In this document: positions 27,590 to 38,210 of the stretch, piece after piece
How positions within the stretch are numbered: the first letter of the stretch is position 1
Layout of the letters: each line of letters starts with the position of its first letter
Source: an uncultured Acidobacteriaceae bacterium
Lineage (GTDB): Bacteria; Acidobacteriota; Terriglobia; Terriglobales; Acidobacteriaceae
Length of the DNA: 64,000 bases
Assembly (NCBI GenBank): GCA_963707325.1
Contig: CAVPPV010000001.1
Coordinates: 188,416-252,415 of the forward strand
Direction of reading: 5' to 3'
Translations under genes and position numbers: made by a program
Notes under the pieces: generated by a model
The model's input: the letters and a program-made list of their open reading frames with translations, nothing else
Databases searched by the model: none
What the model was told of the DNA's origin: nothing

Positions 27590-28348
27590 ATGGACCGCGG
27601 GGGCAACGCAGTGCATCTAACGGAGCAGGTGACGGAAAGGGTGACGGAACAAGACGCGCTGCTCCGGGTTCAAGGATTGAAGAAGGTTTTCCGGTCCGGC
27701 GAATCGGACCTGGTGCTCTTTGAGAATCTATCGTTTGAGGTGAAGCGGGGCGAGATGCTAGCGATCGTGGGCGAGTCAGGAGCGGGAAAGAGTACCTTGT
27801 TGCACATACTCAGCGCCCTTGATCACGCTTCCGCGGGTGACGTATACTGCGCGCAATTGCGACTGAATGCGATGTCGGCGGACGAAGCAGCGGAGTTTCG
27901 CAACCGGGATGCCGGCTTCGTGTGGCAGTTCCACTATCTTCTGCCGGAATTCACGGCGGCGGAAAACGTGGCGATGCCGCTGCTGCAGCGGGGGCGCAGC
28001 TGGGCAGAGGCGGCGCCGGAAGCTTCACGCTGGCTGCGTGAGGTTGGGTTGGAGCAACGCGCGCGTCACCGCTCGGGAGAGCTTTCGGGCGGGGAGCAAC
28101 AGCGGGTGGCTCTGGCGCGGGCGCTCATCACCGGCCCAAAGTTGTTGCTGGCGGATGAGCCTACCGGGGACCTTGACGGACACACGGCGGAAGCGGTTTT
28201 CGAATTGATCGCGCGATTACATCGCGAGCACCAACTCACTTCCCTTATTGCAACGCATAACTTGTCGTTCGCGCGGCGCTGCCATCGGGTGTTGCGGCTG
28301 GAGCGGGGGCGCGTGGAAGAGATCAGGCCGGAGTCGCTGCAGTCGTAG
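27590..28348 (+). CDS. lolD: Lipoprotein-releasing ABC transporter ATP-binding protein
   Basis: Walker A GESGAGKST, signature LSGGEQQRVALARAL, Walker B LLLADEPTGDLD. Confidence 0.88.
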   Translation: MDRGGNAVHLTEQVTERVTEQDALLRVQGLKKVFRSGESDLVLFENLSFEVKRGEMLAIVGESGAGKSTLLHILSALDHASAGDVYCAQLRLNAMSADEAAEFRNRDAGFVWQFHYLLPEFTAAENVAMPLLQRGRSWAEAAPEASRWLREVGLEQRARHRSGELSGGEQQRVALARALITGPKLLLADEPTGDLDGHTAEAVFELIARLHREHQLTSLIATHNLSFARRCHRVLRLERGRVEEIRPESLQS

Positions 28349-28747
28349 GGGCGTGGGAGTGAGGAGAGAGCAAGATTAGTATGACAATGTGCAAGAAATT
28401 GAACAGGAGTAAGGTCTAATATGGAAGCGAGCCAAACGCGCCGAGGTTGCGTCGCAAAGAACGCGACGCTTCGCGCGGCTCGCCCAGATCCCTCGCTGCG
28501 CAAAGAACGCTTGCTCGGGATGACAGGGAAACTTGGTTTGTCGGTGGCCGGAGGGAAGTAGAATAGGTTCCTTCGGTAACATTACAGAAACGTTTGAGTA
28601 CTTGGGTTTGTTGGCCGTTTGATTGCATAATGAGATGGTGATGGGAAGCAGGATGCAAACCATAAACGCCACGGAACCAGGGTTTCAGTAGGGCCGGGCA
28701 GGAGCCAACGCCTTTTCGGCCGGAAGGGGTTCAGGGGGAAGGGCATT

Positions 28748-31198
28748 ATGTTTGAACGTTATACGGAAAAAGCCAGGCGCGTGATCTTCTTTGCGCGCTA
28801 TGAAGCCAGCCAGTTTGGGTCCCCTTATATAGAGACCGAGCATTTGCTGTTGGGTCTACTACGCGAAGACAAAGCCCTGACCAACAGATTCCTGCGGTCG
28901 CACGCCTCGGTTGAGTCCATCCGCAAGCAGATCGAGGGCCACACTACTATCCGGGAGAAGGTCTCGACCTCGGTAGATCTTCCGCTGAGCAACGAATGCA
29001 AGCGCGTGCTGGCCTATGCCGCGGAAGAGGCGGAGAGGCTTTCGCACCGGCATATTGGGACGGAACACCTTTTGTTGGGCCTGCTGCGGGAAGAGAAGTG
29101 CTTTGCCGCGGAGATTCTGCACGAGCGCGGACTGCGGCTGGCGACCATCCGGGAAGAGCTGGCGCGCACCAGCCAGGAAAAGGCGCAGCCGCAACGGCAG
29201 CGTGAATCTTCTCTCCTGAGCGAGTTTTCGCGCGATCTCACGCAGGCGGCGATGGACAGCCAGCTGGATCCGCTGGTGGGGCGCGATGGGGAACTGGAAC
29301 GCGTGGTGCAGATTCTATGCCGGCGCACCAAGAATAATCCCGTGCTGATCGGTGAGCCGGGCGTGGGCAAGACGGCTATCGTCGAGGGGCTGGCGCAGCG
29401 CATTGCCGATGGCGAGGTGCCATCATTCCTGGCGGACAAGAGAATCCTGGCGCTCGATCTCTCCCTGATCGTTGCCGGAACCAAGTATCGTGGACAGTTC
29501 GAGGAGCGGCTGAAGACCATCATGAAAGAGTTGATGGAGTCGCAGAACTCCATCATCTTTATTGATGAGCTGCACACGCTGGTGGGCGCGGGATCGGCAG
29601 AAGGGTCGCTGGATGCGGCAAACATCCTGAAGCCGGCCTTGTCGCGTGGCGAGATTCAGTGCATCGGCGCAACCACTCCTGGCGAATACCGGAAGTCGAT
29701 TGAGAAAGACCGGTCGCTGGAGCGGCGCTTCCAGGCGGTGAAAGTTCCACCGCCGAATGAGGCGGATGCGATCAAGGTGCTGTTCGGGATCAAGGACCGG
29801 TACGAAAAGTTCCACGCGGTCACTTATACCGACGACGCCATCAACTTTGCGGTGTCGCACTCGAACCGCTACATTCCGGACCGGTTCCTGCCGGATAAGG
29901 CGATCGATCTCGTTGACGAAGCTGGAGCGCGGGTGAAGCTGCGCCAGACCTCGCAGCCGGATGAGATTACCGAAGTGCAGAAGCGTATCAAGTTCATCGT
30001 GCACCGCATGGAGAACGCGATCGCGAACCATGAGTTCGAGAAGGCGCGTTTCTATTCGGATGAAGAGCGCAAGGAGCGCGAGAACCTGCGCGCGCTGCGC
30101 GAGAAATATCATCTCGACGAGTCTTCGACAGGCGTAGTGGGGCGCGAGGACATCGAAGATGTGGTTTCGCGCTGGACCGGCGTTCCCATCACCTCGATCA
30201 AAGAAGAAGAAACGCAGAAGCTGTTGCGCATCGAGGAAGAGCTGCACAAGCGGATTATTTCGCAGGATAAATCGATCAGCGCGCTGGCCCGGGCGATCCG
30301 GCGTTCGCGCGCGGGATTGAAGAGTCCGAACCGGCCCATTGGCTCGTTCCTGTTCCTGGGACCGACGGGCGTGGGCAAGACGGAAGTGGCGCGCACGCTG
30401 GCCCAGTTCATGTTCGGCACGGAAAAAGCTTTGGTACGCTTCGATATGTCGGAGTTCATGGAGAAGCACTCGGTGTCGAAGCTGATCGGCTCGCCTCCGG
30501 GATATGTGGGCTACGAAGAGGGTGGCCAGCTTACCGAGCGGGTGAAGCGGGCGCCGTATTCGGTGGTGCTGCTGGACGAAATCGAGAAGGCGCATCCGGA
30601 CGTGTTCAACATCCTGCTGCAGGTTTTTGAAGACGGCCAGCTAACCGACGGGCTGGGCAACACGGTCGACTTCAAGAACACGATCTTGATCATGACGTCG
30701 AACATTGGGGCGCGGCACTTGCAGAAGCGCGAGGGCTTTGGCTTCCAGTCGACCAAGGACGAAATGGTTTCGGGCAAGGTCGAGGAACTGGTGAAGGGCG
30801 AGGTGAAGCGCACCTTCAATCCGGAATTCCTGAACCGGCTGGACGAAATCATCCTGTTCCTGGCGTTGAGCGAGGCGGACCTGATCCAGATTCTGGAGTT
30901 GATGGTCACGCAACTGAACACGAACCTGGCGCAGAAGGCGATCACGGTGACGGTGGCGGATGAGGCCAAGAAGTGGATCCTCAGCCAAACGTTGACGGAC
31001 CGCTCGTATGGGGCGCGGCCGCTGCGCCGAGCGTTGCAGAAATATATTGAAGACCCGCTGTCGGAGGCGCTGATTCAGGGAACGATTACCACGCGTCCGG
31101 CATTTATCGAGGTTTTCCTTGAGGACAACAAGCTGTTCTACCGTCCGGTGGACGCGGAGAAGAGTGTTGAGGGTGTGTTGTTGTACGAGAACAGCTAG
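28748..31198 (+). CDS. clpC: ATP-dependent Clp protease ATP-binding subunit ClpC
   Basis: [16 protein letters not shown] Clp_N repeats. Two AAA+ modules ([16 protein letters not shown]). ClpB_D2-small tail. Confidence 0.95.
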   Translation: MFERYTEKARRVIFFARYEASQFGSPYIETEHLLLGLLREDKALTNRFLRSHASVESIRKQIEGHTTIREKVSTSVDLPLSNECKRVLAYAAEEAERLSHRHIGTEHLLLGLLREEKCFAAEILHERGLRLATIREELARTSQEKAQPQRQRESSLLSEFSRDLTQAAMDSQLDPLVGRDGELERVVQILCRRTKNNPVLIGEPGVGKTAIVEGLAQRIADGEVPSFLADKRILALDLSLIVAGTKYRGQFEERLKTIMKELMESQNSIIFIDELHTLVGAGSAEGSLDAANILKPALSRGEIQCIGATTPGEYRKSIEKDRSLERRFQAVKVPPPNEADAIKVLFGIKDRYEKFHAVTYTDDAINFAVSHSNRYIPDRFLPDKAIDLVDEAGARVKLRQTSQPDEITEVQKRIKFIVHRMENAIANHEFEKARFYSDEERKERENLRALREKYHLDESSTGVVGREDIEDVVSRWTGVPITSIKEEETQKLLRIEEELHKRIISQDKSISALARAIRRSRAGLKSPNRPIGSFLFLGPTGVGKTEVARTLAQFMFGTEKALVRFDMSEFMEKHSVSKLIGSPPGYVGYEEGGQLTERVKRAPYSVVLLDEIEKAHPDVFNILLQVFEDGQLTDGLGNTVDFKNTILIMTSNIGARHLQKREGFGFQSTKDEMVSGKVEELVKGEVKRTFNPEFLNRLDEIILFLALSEADLIQILELMVTQLNTNLAQKAITVTVADEAKKWILSQTLTDRSYGARPLRRALQKYIEDPLSEALIQGTITTRPAFIEVFLEDNKLFYRPVDAEKSVEGVLLYENS

Positions 31199-31218
31199 GT
31201 AGGAGCTATCAGCTATCA

Positions 31219-31249
31219 GCCGTCAGCGCGAGCTGGCGGCTTTTGTTTT
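31219..31249 (+). terminator. clpC intrinsic terminator; overlaps the last codons of convergent arsR
   Basis: gccgtcagc-gcga-gctggcggc followed by ttttgtttt. Confidence 0.65.
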
Positions 31250-31534
31250 GCGGGTAACGGTTTTTCGGGCCATCTTGGCAAGAGCACGACCGTACTCGCG
31301 GATTGTTTCGGGCCGCGATCGCATGTAGATGAACTGTCCTTCGCGGCGAGTCTCAATCAGGTCCGCATCTGCTAAGACCTTGAGATGATGTGAAATCGTG
31401 CCCGGGGTCAGCTTGTACTTTTCGACCACCTGCCCGCAAAACATCTCCTTGCACGACGAAATCCCTTCGAAAATCCGCAAACGCGTGGGATCGCTTAACG
31501 CCTTGGAAACCCTGGCTAACCCCTTTTGATCCAT
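31223..31534 (-). CDS. ArsR/SmtB family transcriptional regulator
   Basis: LSDPTRLRIF..TISHHLKVLADADLI. Confidence 0.88.
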   Translation of the reverse strand: MDQKGLARVSKALSDPTRLRIFEGISSCKEMFCGQVVEKYKLTPGTISHHLKVLADADLIETRREGQFIYMRSRPETIREYGRALAKMARKTVTRKTKAASSR

Positions 31535-31668
31535 ATGTGTACTCCAGTGTAGCCGAAGTGCCGCAAAGATACTGCACCCTCTATACTTTGATGTTCATCA
31601 AAACATTCAAGTAAGTCAAGCACTGCGCCCGCCGGAAGGCTGGCCGCAAATTATGGTGGAGGAATCCC

Positions 31669-32421
31669 ATGAAGAAAAGGTTTGAAGGAAAGACGGTGGT
31701 AATTACGGGCGGCAACAGCGGCATTGGGCTGGCTACCGCCAAGCTGTTCAAGGACGAAGGAGCGAACGTCGCCATATCCGGGCGAGACCAGAAAACCTTG
31801 GATGAAGCCGTCCAAATTATCGGCAAGGACACTCTGGCTGTGAAGGCCGACGTCTCCAAGCTGGCCGATCTCGACCGGTTGTTCAGCCAAGTCTCGGCGA
31901 AGTTCGGCAAGATTGATGCGCTGTTTGCCAACGCAGGCATCGCGAAGTTCGCGCCAGCAACTGACAGCAGCGAGCAGTTATTCGACGAGACCTTCGACAT
32001 CAACGTGAAGGGATTGTATTTCACGCTGCAGAAGGCCATCCCATATCTAAACGACAACGCCGGGATTGTATTGAATTCGTCGGTGGTCAATTCGCAGGGT
32101 ACTCCGGGTGCGAGCGTCTATGCGGCCACCAAGGCGGCTGTGCGTTCTTTGGCGCGCACATTCGCGGCTGAGCTGGTAGACAGGGGTGTTCGCGTGAACG
32201 TGGTCAGCCCTGGGCCAATTGACACACCTATTTTCGGAAAGACCGGGCTACCGCAGGCGGCCCTCGATGACTTCGCGAATCAAATCAAGACAAGGGTTCC
32301 AATGAAACGGTTCGGCACGCCTGAAGAGGTGGGGCAAGCTACTCTGTTCCTGGCCAGCCCTCAGGCCTCCTACATTACTGGGGTGGACCTTAACGTGGAT
32401 GGCGGACTCGGCCAGATCTGA
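31669..32421 (+). CDS. SDR family oxidoreductase
   Basis: VVITGGNSGIGLA, NAG, Y..xxxK (YAATKAA). Confidence 0.9.
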   Translation: MKKRFEGKTVVITGGNSGIGLATAKLFKDEGANVAISGRDQKTLDEAVQIIGKDTLAVKADVSKLADLDRLFSQVSAKFGKIDALFANAGIAKFAPATDSSEQLFDETFDINVKGLYFTLQKAIPYLNDNAGIVLNSSVVNSQGTPGASVYAATKAAVRSLARTFAAELVDRGVRVNVVSPGPIDTPIFGKTGLPQAALDDFANQIKTRVPMKRFGTPEEVGQATLFLASPQASYITGVDLNVDGGLGQI

Positions 32422-32468
32422 TTTGTGGCCATGCGAGGTAGGTTCTTGACCGCAGGAACTGGCCGAAG

Positions 32469-32621
32469 TTTATCGAGGTCTTCCTCGAAGATTCAAGCTG
32501 TTCTACCGTCCGGTGGACGCGGAGAAGAGCGAGGGCGTGCTGACGTACGAGGACAGCTTAGCTGCGGACTTCAGACTTTGGACCTCAGGCCGTCAGCGTG
32601 AGCTGGTGGCTTTTGTTTTTT
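32469..32621 (+). pseudogene. Duplicated remnant of the clpC 3' end plus a second copy of its terminator
   Basis: Aligns to 31103-31250. It would encode [30 protein letters not shown], versus Clp[32 protein letters not shown]. Terminator copy at 32589-32621. Confidence 0.8.
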
Positions 32622-32630
32622 GGATAGATC

Positions 32631-33038
32631 CTACGGCTTGGTCCAGTCCTCGATCTTCAGCCCTTTCACTCTGCGGAAGACGCGGCCGTTGGTCACCAGG
32701 ACTACGTCCGCGGCGATGGCTTGGGCGGCGATCATGAGGTCTAGGTTGCCCATCGGTTCGCCGTGTTGTTCGAGCGCGGCGCGAAGGTGGGCGTAGTGTT
32801 GGGCGGCTGCCGAAGTCCAGGGGAGCACTTCTACGCGCAGCAGAAATTCCTCGACTGCGATTGCCAGCTTTGGCGCGTGCGGCAGCCGGGCGACGCCGAA
32901 ACGCAGTTCCGCTTCTGTGACCACGGAGATTCCAACCTCGCTGACGGGGATTCTCATGAGGCGCTCGCGGACGTGGGGAAAGTTTCCTTTGATGACGTAG
33001 CTGGCGATGTTGGTATCGAGAAGGAACTGGACAGGCAT
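32631..33038 (-). CDS. vapC: PIN-domain toxin VapC
   Basis: FLLDTNI..TEAELRFG..NLDLMIAAQAI..LVTNG. Confidence 0.88.
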   Translation of the reverse strand: MPVQFLLDTNIASYVIKGNFPHVRERLMRIPVSEVGISVVTEAELRFGVARLPHAPKLAIAVEEFLLRVEVLPWTSAAAQHYAHLRAALEQHGEPMGNLDLMIAAQAIAADVVLVTNGRVFRRVKGLKIEDWTKP

Positions 33039-33281
33039 CTAGAACAACCGGCGCTTTTGGGGCGGGGTATCTTTGCGATCCGCGAGGAAGTCTTCGGGGA
33101 ACTCGATGGTTTTCATCAGTTCGAAGAAATCCTTCCAGGAATCCGGACGGCGGGAAAGAATGACGTCGCCGGTCGCGGGATCGCGGCGAACGTAGACCTC
33201 CGAGCCTTCGAAGCGGTATTCCGAGGGCAAGCGGACGGCCTGGCTGCGGCCGTTGCGGAAGAGTTTGGCGGTCTTCGGCAT
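33039..33281 (-). CDS. vapB: AbrB/SpoVT-type antitoxin VapB
   Basis: [24 protein letters not shown]. Its stop codon abuts the vapC ATG. Confidence 0.85.
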   Translation of the reverse strand: MPKTAKLFRNGRSQAVRLPSEYRFEGSEVYVRRDPATGDVILSRRPDSWKDFFELMKTIEFPEDFLADRKDTPPQKRRLF

Positions 33282-33467
33282 GGTATATATCATGATATAG
33301 ACTACGCGAACGGTTGTCAATGCGTGGTCTTGTCGGGGGCGAACGTCAAAACATTAACGCAGAGGGCACGGAGAAAATCCGCGGAGGCCGCAGAGAGTTC
33401 TTTTGCGACCAATTTCACTCCGGGCGAATCTGGATATTGCGACGTATTCATCGTGAGGGAGCACAGC

Positions 33468-33827
33468 ATGTCCAAGGTCAACATTGCCGACAAGTTTGCC
33501 AAGATTTCGGAATACTGGAAGCCTTACATTGCCGCCGAATTGAACGGGCAGCACGTGAAGCTGGATAAGCTGAAGGGCGAGTTCGTATTTCATCATCACG
33601 AGCACGAAGACGAGATGTTCCTGGTGGTGAAGGGACGGTTTCGCATGGAGTTTCTCGACCGTCACGAATGGATTGAAGAGGGCGAGTTCATTGTGGTGCC
33701 GCGCGGAGTAGAGCATAAGCCCGTCGCCGAGGAAGAGTGCTGGCTGATTTTGTTTGAGCCGGCTTCCACGCTGAATACGGGCAACATCGTCAACGAGCGC
33801 ACGGTGGCTCAGTTGGAGCGAGTCTAG
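33468..33827 (+). CDS. Cupin domain protein
   Basis: FVFHHHEHEDEMFLVVKG..FIVVPRGVEHKP. The upstream part of the 354-aa ORF is antisense to vapBC. Confidence 0.85.
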   Translation: MSKVNIADKFAKISEYWKPYIAAELNGQHVKLDKLKGEFVFHHHEHEDEMFLVVKGRFRMEFLDRHEWIEEGEFIVVPRGVEHKPVAEEECWLILFEPASTLNTGNIVNERTVAQLERV

Positions 33828-33883
33828 GGGACTTGGCGGGAAGACGTGGCAAGCTACGTCTCTTCGACGATCATTGAAGACCT

Positions 33884-34141
33884 ATGGAACTTACTGTTTA
33901 CTCTGCCCCCTGGTGTCCGGATTGCCGGGAGGCCAAGCGCTTTCTGGCCAAGCACAGCATTCCTTACAAAGATATCGACATTGAGACTACGCCGGGGGCG
34001 GTGGGGGAGATCGTGAGGCACACGGGGAAGCAGGCCATCCCGCAATTTGTGATTGACGGCGAGTGGGTGCAGCCGTATGTGCCGGGGAAAGGGTTTCTGT
34101 ACGAGGAAATGGCTCGGCGGCTGGGGGTGGGGAAGCCCTAG
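33884..34141 (+). CDS. Glutaredoxin-like (NrdH-type) protein
   Basis: VYSAPWCPDCREAKRFL..IPQFVIDG. Confidence 0.85.
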   Translation: MELTVYSAPWCPDCREAKRFLAKHSIPYKDIDIETTPGAVGEIVRHTGKQAIPQFVIDGEWVQPYVPGKGFLYEEMARRLGVGKP

Positions 34142-34489
34142 ACTTAGGCACCTCAGGGGCTAAAGCCCGCGAATCTTTTGTGCGACGCGACGCGGCCCCT
34201 TCGGCAAGCTCAGGGCAAGCTCTGGAAGGGCCGCTCTTCCACGGTCGCGCGGGCGGCGGATTAGAGCGACACGGCGCTGAAGCGCTGCGCCCACCCAGAG
34301 TGGCGACTTGTGTGCCGCCGACGCCTCGCTGCGCTTGGCTGGACGGGCGAGGCGCCGGTCCCCACATGTCCCCCCACATGTTCCCCACATCTCCCACAGG
34401 GCCATCTCCTAAAGATACGTTCGCTATCCCTTGGACATCATCTTCCGTACCGTGGAAAAGGCTGGCTGGACGGGGGAAGATGAAGGTTC

Positions 34490-35452
34490 ATGTCCGAACC
34501 GGAGATTGCGCAGGAACCGAGCGAGGTTAGCGACAGCTGGCAGCAGGTGGTGCAGGCTGTGCTGGGATTGGTGCTGCTGATCGGCGCGGTGGCCATGTTC
34601 CATTACTATGCGCCCGTGGCGGCGCAGAGTGCCCCGCCGGATGAGTTGCAGAAGCAGGTGAAGCAGCTCACGCAGCAGGTGGCGGAACTCGAAAAAGAGC
34701 AGGCGATGCCGGCGCTGGTGATGAACCGGTACCGGAACTCCATTGGCTATATTTACGGCGTGTACCAGATTGGATTCGCCAACCAGCCGGCGGCGATTCG
34801 GGCGCGGGTTTCAGGAACGGGATTTCTGGTGGGGGACGGACTGCTAGCCACCAATCGCCACGTGGCCGAGCCCTGGTATGGCGACAGCGAGGCGGAAGAG
34901 TTGATCCATCGCGGCGCGACAGCGATGCTGGAGAATCTGGTCATCTTTTTTCCGGGAGCGCCAACGCCGGTGAACTTGACGCCGGGCGCGGTTTCCTCGA
35001 CGGGAGATCTGGCTGTGCTGCGCATCGAAGATAAAGATGCGGTGCGCGGAATTGCCGTGCTGCCGCTGGCTAAGGGCAAGGCTTCGCCGGGAGAACTTGT
35101 GACGGTGATTGGCTATCCGATGGGGATTGCGGGGATGGTGGCGAAGTCGCCGAGCGGGATTTACCAGCGGCTGGCGTACCGGCACAACGACATTACGGCG
35201 GCGAGTGAGTTGGCGGCGCTGTCGCTGATTCGTCCTTCAACCACGTGCGGGCATCTGGGCGATGTAGTGGGGGACAAGCTGATCTACGATGCGCCCACGG
35301 CGCACGGGGGTAGCGGCGGGCCGGTGTTCAACTCCAATGCGGAAGTGATTGGGGTGAATTCGGCTTACATCGATGGGTTCTCCGGGGGGACGTTGGGGGT
35401 TTCGGTGGAGGCCTTGCGGCCTTTGATTGAGGCGGCGGAGAAGAAGCCGTAG
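34490..35452 (+). CDS. Trypsin-like serine peptidase (S1C-like), membrane-anchored
   Basis: N-terminal TM segment. ATNRHV (His), DLAVLRI (Asp), HGGSGGPVFN (Ser). Confidence 0.85.
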   Translation: MSEPEIAQEPSEVSDSWQQVVQAVLGLVLLIGAVAMFHYYAPVAAQSAPPDELQKQVKQLTQQVAELEKEQAMPALVMNRYRNSIGYIYGVYQIGFANQPAAIRARVSGTGFLVGDGLLATNRHVAEPWYGDSEAEELIHRGATAMLENLVIFFPGAPTPVNLTPGAVSSTGDLAVLRIEDKDAVRGIAVLPLAKGKASPGELVTVIGYPMGIAGMVAKSPSGIYQRLAYRHNDITAASELAALSLIRPSTTCGHLGDVVGDKLIYDAPTAHGGSGGPVFNSNAEVIGVNSAYIDGFSGGTLGVSVEALRPLIEAAEKKP

Positions 35453-35458
35453 ACCACT

Positions 35459-35522
35459 GGGGCTGAAGCCCACTCCAATTCCTGAGCTTTTTACGCGGCG
35501 CTGAAGCGCCGCTCTTCCACGG
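35459..35522 (+). repeat. REP family A doublet
   Basis: ggggctgaagccc ... gcggcgctgaagcgccgctcttccacgg. Confidence 0.85.
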
Positions 35523-35758
35523 TTCTGGACGCGTTTCCTAGTTTGCTAAGGCATCAGATTGGCGGCCTTACGCCCGTGCATCAGTGGCGTTGCGGTTGTG
35601 CTGGCATTTCCTGGTTCGCCAGTGTTGGATGTAGTGCAGTCCAACCTTGCGTCAGATGTGGCGCTCTCCACGCCTCGCTGCGCTTGGCTGGACAGCCGAG
35701 GCGGCTGTCCCCACATTTGACCCTCTAGTTCGGCAGTACCTACACTAACTTCCAAATT

Positions 35759-37600
35759 CTAGGTTCCGACTTTTGCGGTTGGCTTCGTGGGGAACCAGCC
35801 TGGTTCGCGGACGTGTTCATCGTGGAAGCGGCGGAGGCGGGCGGCCATGACGGCTCTGCGGCCCAGGTAGCCAACGGCTTTGTGAGGGTCGGCGCGATCG
35901 ACTACCGGGAGGCGTCCAATGTCATTGCTCAGTATTTTTGAGGCGGCCTCGGAGACGAGTTCGTCGGGATAAGTGACGACCAGGCGCGTGCTGCCGGCTT
36001 GCTGAACGGTCATGGCTCCGGAAGAATCTTTGTCGAGGGCGCGGAGCAGGTCGCCGCGGGTGATGATGCCTACAAGTTGTCCGGCATCGTCGAGAATGAG
36101 CAGGGCCTGATGGCGCGCTACTGCGGGGTCATGCTCTGCAATGCGTTTTGCCAACGCACTCACTGTGGTGTCTGCAGGGATGACCGGCAAGTCTTTCTCC
36201 ATGGTGTCGGCGACACGAGCCTGGGAGAGGACATCGGTTTCGTAGTCCTGATGGACGCGCAAGCCGCGGCGCGCCAGTTTTTCGGTCATGATCGAGCTGT
36301 TGGGCATCAGAAGCATGGCGATGCCGTCGGCGATGACGCTGACCAGCATGAGAGGCAGGACGGAGTTGTAGTCGCGGGTGATTTCGAAGGCGAAAATGAT
36401 GAAGGTGAATGTGGCGCGCGAGGCTGCGGCAAAGACCGCGCCCATGGCTACCAGCGCGAAAGCTCCGGGGGAAAGATGTGAACCGGGCAGGAAGTGGTTT
36501 GAGAGCATGGCGAAGAGGCCGCCCATGGCGGCGCTCCACATGAAGCAGGGGGCCAGCAGTCCGCCGGAAGTGCCGGAGCCGAGCGAGACCGCCAGGGCCG
36601 CGGCTTTGGCCAGCATGACGATGAGCAGGAGCTTCCAGGCGAGCTGGCCGTTGAGAATGTCGCCGATGGTGTCGTAGCCGACGCCGAGCACGCGAGGCAC
36701 GAAGAATGCGATGATGCCCAGGCCGAGTGCGCCGATGGCTGGCCACCACAACTGGTCAATGGGAAGCTTGTCGAACTGATCTTCGACCCAGTAGAGCAGC
36801 TTGCTGAAGCCGACGGCGGCGAGGCCGCAGATCAGGCCGAGGACGAGATAAAAGGGCAGCGCGCGGGGAATGGCGAAATCCATGGGGCTGACCTGGAACA
36901 TGGGTCCCAAGCCCAGAAGCTGCATGTGGACTGCCGTGGCCAGGGTGCTGGCGATCACAAGCGGAATAAACGAACGCGACTTGAATTCAAAAAGCAGCAG
37001 TTCGATGGCGAGAATCACGCCGGCGATGGGAGTGTTGAACGTGGCAGACATGCCGGCGGCGGCGCCGCAGGCTAGCAGAACTTTGCGCTCGACCGCCGTG
37101 GTGTGAAAGGCCTGTCCGACCAGCGAGCCGATGGCGCCGCCGGTTTGGATGATCGGTCCTTCGGCGCCGAAGGGGCCACCGGTGCCGATGGCAATGGCCG
37201 CTGAAATGGGCTTGAGGATGGCCACGCGCGGGGCGATGCGGCTGCGGTTGAAGAGGACCGCTTCCATGGCTTCGGGGATGCCGTGGCCTTTAATTTTCGA
37301 GGTGCCGTACTTGGCCATGACGCCGACGATGAGTCCGCCGATGACGGGGATGACGATGACCATCCAGCCGAGGTGGTTGTGCTGGGCGCTGGTGAAGTCG
37401 GCTGACCAGCGATGGAAGAAGAACAGGTTGGTGAACAGGCCGATCAGTTTGTAGAGCGCGAAGGCCACGATGCCGGCGACCAGACCGATGGCGGCGGCGA
37501 GGAACGAGACCAGCAACATGCGGAACGTTGCGGGAGGCGGTGAGTCGATGGCCGCGAAAGAATTGTTTTGGGTTGAGATGGCGGGTGGGGAATCACTCAT
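35759..37600 (-). CDS. ClC family chloride channel / H+-Cl- antiporter with C-terminal CBS pair
   Basis: GHGIPE, GGPFGAEGPIIQ, GLLAP motifs. Two CBS-like repeats at the C-terminus. Confidence 0.9.
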   Translation of the reverse strand: MSDSPPAISTQNNSFAAIDSPPPATFRMLLVSFLAAAIGLVAGIVAFALYKLIGLFTNLFFFHRWSADFTSAQHNHLGWMVIVIPVIGGLIVGVMAKYGTSKIKGHGIPEAMEAVLFNRSRIAPRVAILKPISAAIAIGTGGPFGAEGPIIQTGGAIGSLVGQAFHTTAVERKVLLACGAAAGMSATFNTPIAGVILAIELLLFEFKSRSFIPLVIASTLATAVHMQLLGLGPMFQVSPMDFAIPRALPFYLVLGLICGLAAVGFSKLLYWVEDQFDKLPIDQLWWPAIGALGLGIIAFFVPRVLGVGYDTIGDILNGQLAWKLLLIVMLAKAAALAVSLGSGTSGGLLAPCFMWSAAMGGLFAMLSNHFLPGSHLSPGAFALVAMGAVFAAASRATFTFIIFAFEITRDYNSVLPLMLVSVIADGIAMLLMPNSSIMTEKLARRGLRVHQDYETDVLSQARVADTMEKDLPVIPADTTVSALAKRIAEHDPAVARHQALLILDDAGQLVGIITRGDLLRALDKDSSGAMTVQQAGSTRLVVTYPDELVSEAASKILSNDIGRLPVVDRADPHKAVGYLGRRAVMAARLRRFHDEHVREPGWFPTKPTAKVGT

Positions 37601-37606
37601 GGTGCT

Positions 37607-38071
37607 TTATGTCTTTCCTTTTTCGTGAGCCGGGGCAGGATGAAGGAAGGCGGCTCCGTTGCCAGCGTGCATGATGCGGCGAAGAGCGGCCACCAGCTCC
37701 GGCCCGGCCGAGCTGAGTTCGTCGTGATGGTGAAGCGCCAGTTCGGCGAGGACCTTCTCGCCTTTAGCAGTGAGGGCGAGCAGGACCTCGCGGCGGTCGT
37801 CCCGGGCGCGGGTACGGTGGACGAAGCCTCCGGCCTCGAGACGGTTTACCAGTTCGACGGCGCTGTGGTGGCGGATTTGCATGCGGTTGGCCAGTTCGCG
37901 GATGCGCGGCCGCACGCCGGACGGCATGCCCTTGATGGCCAGCATGAGCTGGTACTGGCCGCGCTCCAGACCGGCCTGCTTCACCACCTGCTCGCTGAAG
38001 TGGAGGAAGCGGCGGATCTGGTAACGGAACTCCGCGAGTGCCTGATAGTCCGACAGGGTGAGCTTCTTCAT
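37607..38071 (-). CDS. MarR family transcriptional regulator
   Basis: Winged-HTH pattern LTLSDYQAL..QYQLMLAI..IRELANRMQIRHHSAVELVNRLE. Lies 6 nt upstream of the ClC gene. Confidence 0.85.
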   Translation of the reverse strand: MKKLTLSDYQALAEFRYQIRRFLHFSEQVVKQAGLERGQYQLMLAIKGMPSGVRPRIRELANRMQIRHHSAVELVNRLEAGGFVHRTRARDDRREVLLALTAKGEKVLAELALHHHDELSSAGPELVAALRRIMHAGNGAAFLHPAPAHEKGKT

Positions 38072-38112
38072 GCCGCTGATTGTATCGTGCCGCGATCCAG
38101 TGGCCCTCCTAG

Positions 38113-38131
38113 TATATCGTATAACGATATA
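38113..38131. promoter_or_regulatory. Palindrome TATATCG-N5-CGATATA, candidate MarR operator
   Basis: Perfect 7-bp arms about 45 nt upstream of the marR start, in the divergent intergenic region. Confidence 0.45.
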
Positions 38132-38210
38132 GATGAAAACGATCTCCGAAAGATGCTGGGATGCCGGAAGCGCTGGTTAGGGTGCCGGAAGTGTGTGAGA
38201 CTAAGGCGGC

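Noticed and set aside
27372-27590. Possible ncRNA (SRP, 6S or RNase P) between mtnA and lolD
   Set aside because: I recognised no conserved motif of these RNAs. The only clear structure is a 10-bp hairpin with a weak T tract, which I interpret as the mtnA terminator.
32763-33467. N-terminal 235 aa of the 354-aa ORF 32763-33827
   Set aside because: This part runs antisense through the vapBC pair and has a shadow-frame composition. Only the C-terminal 119 aa (33468-33827, cupin) looks genuine.
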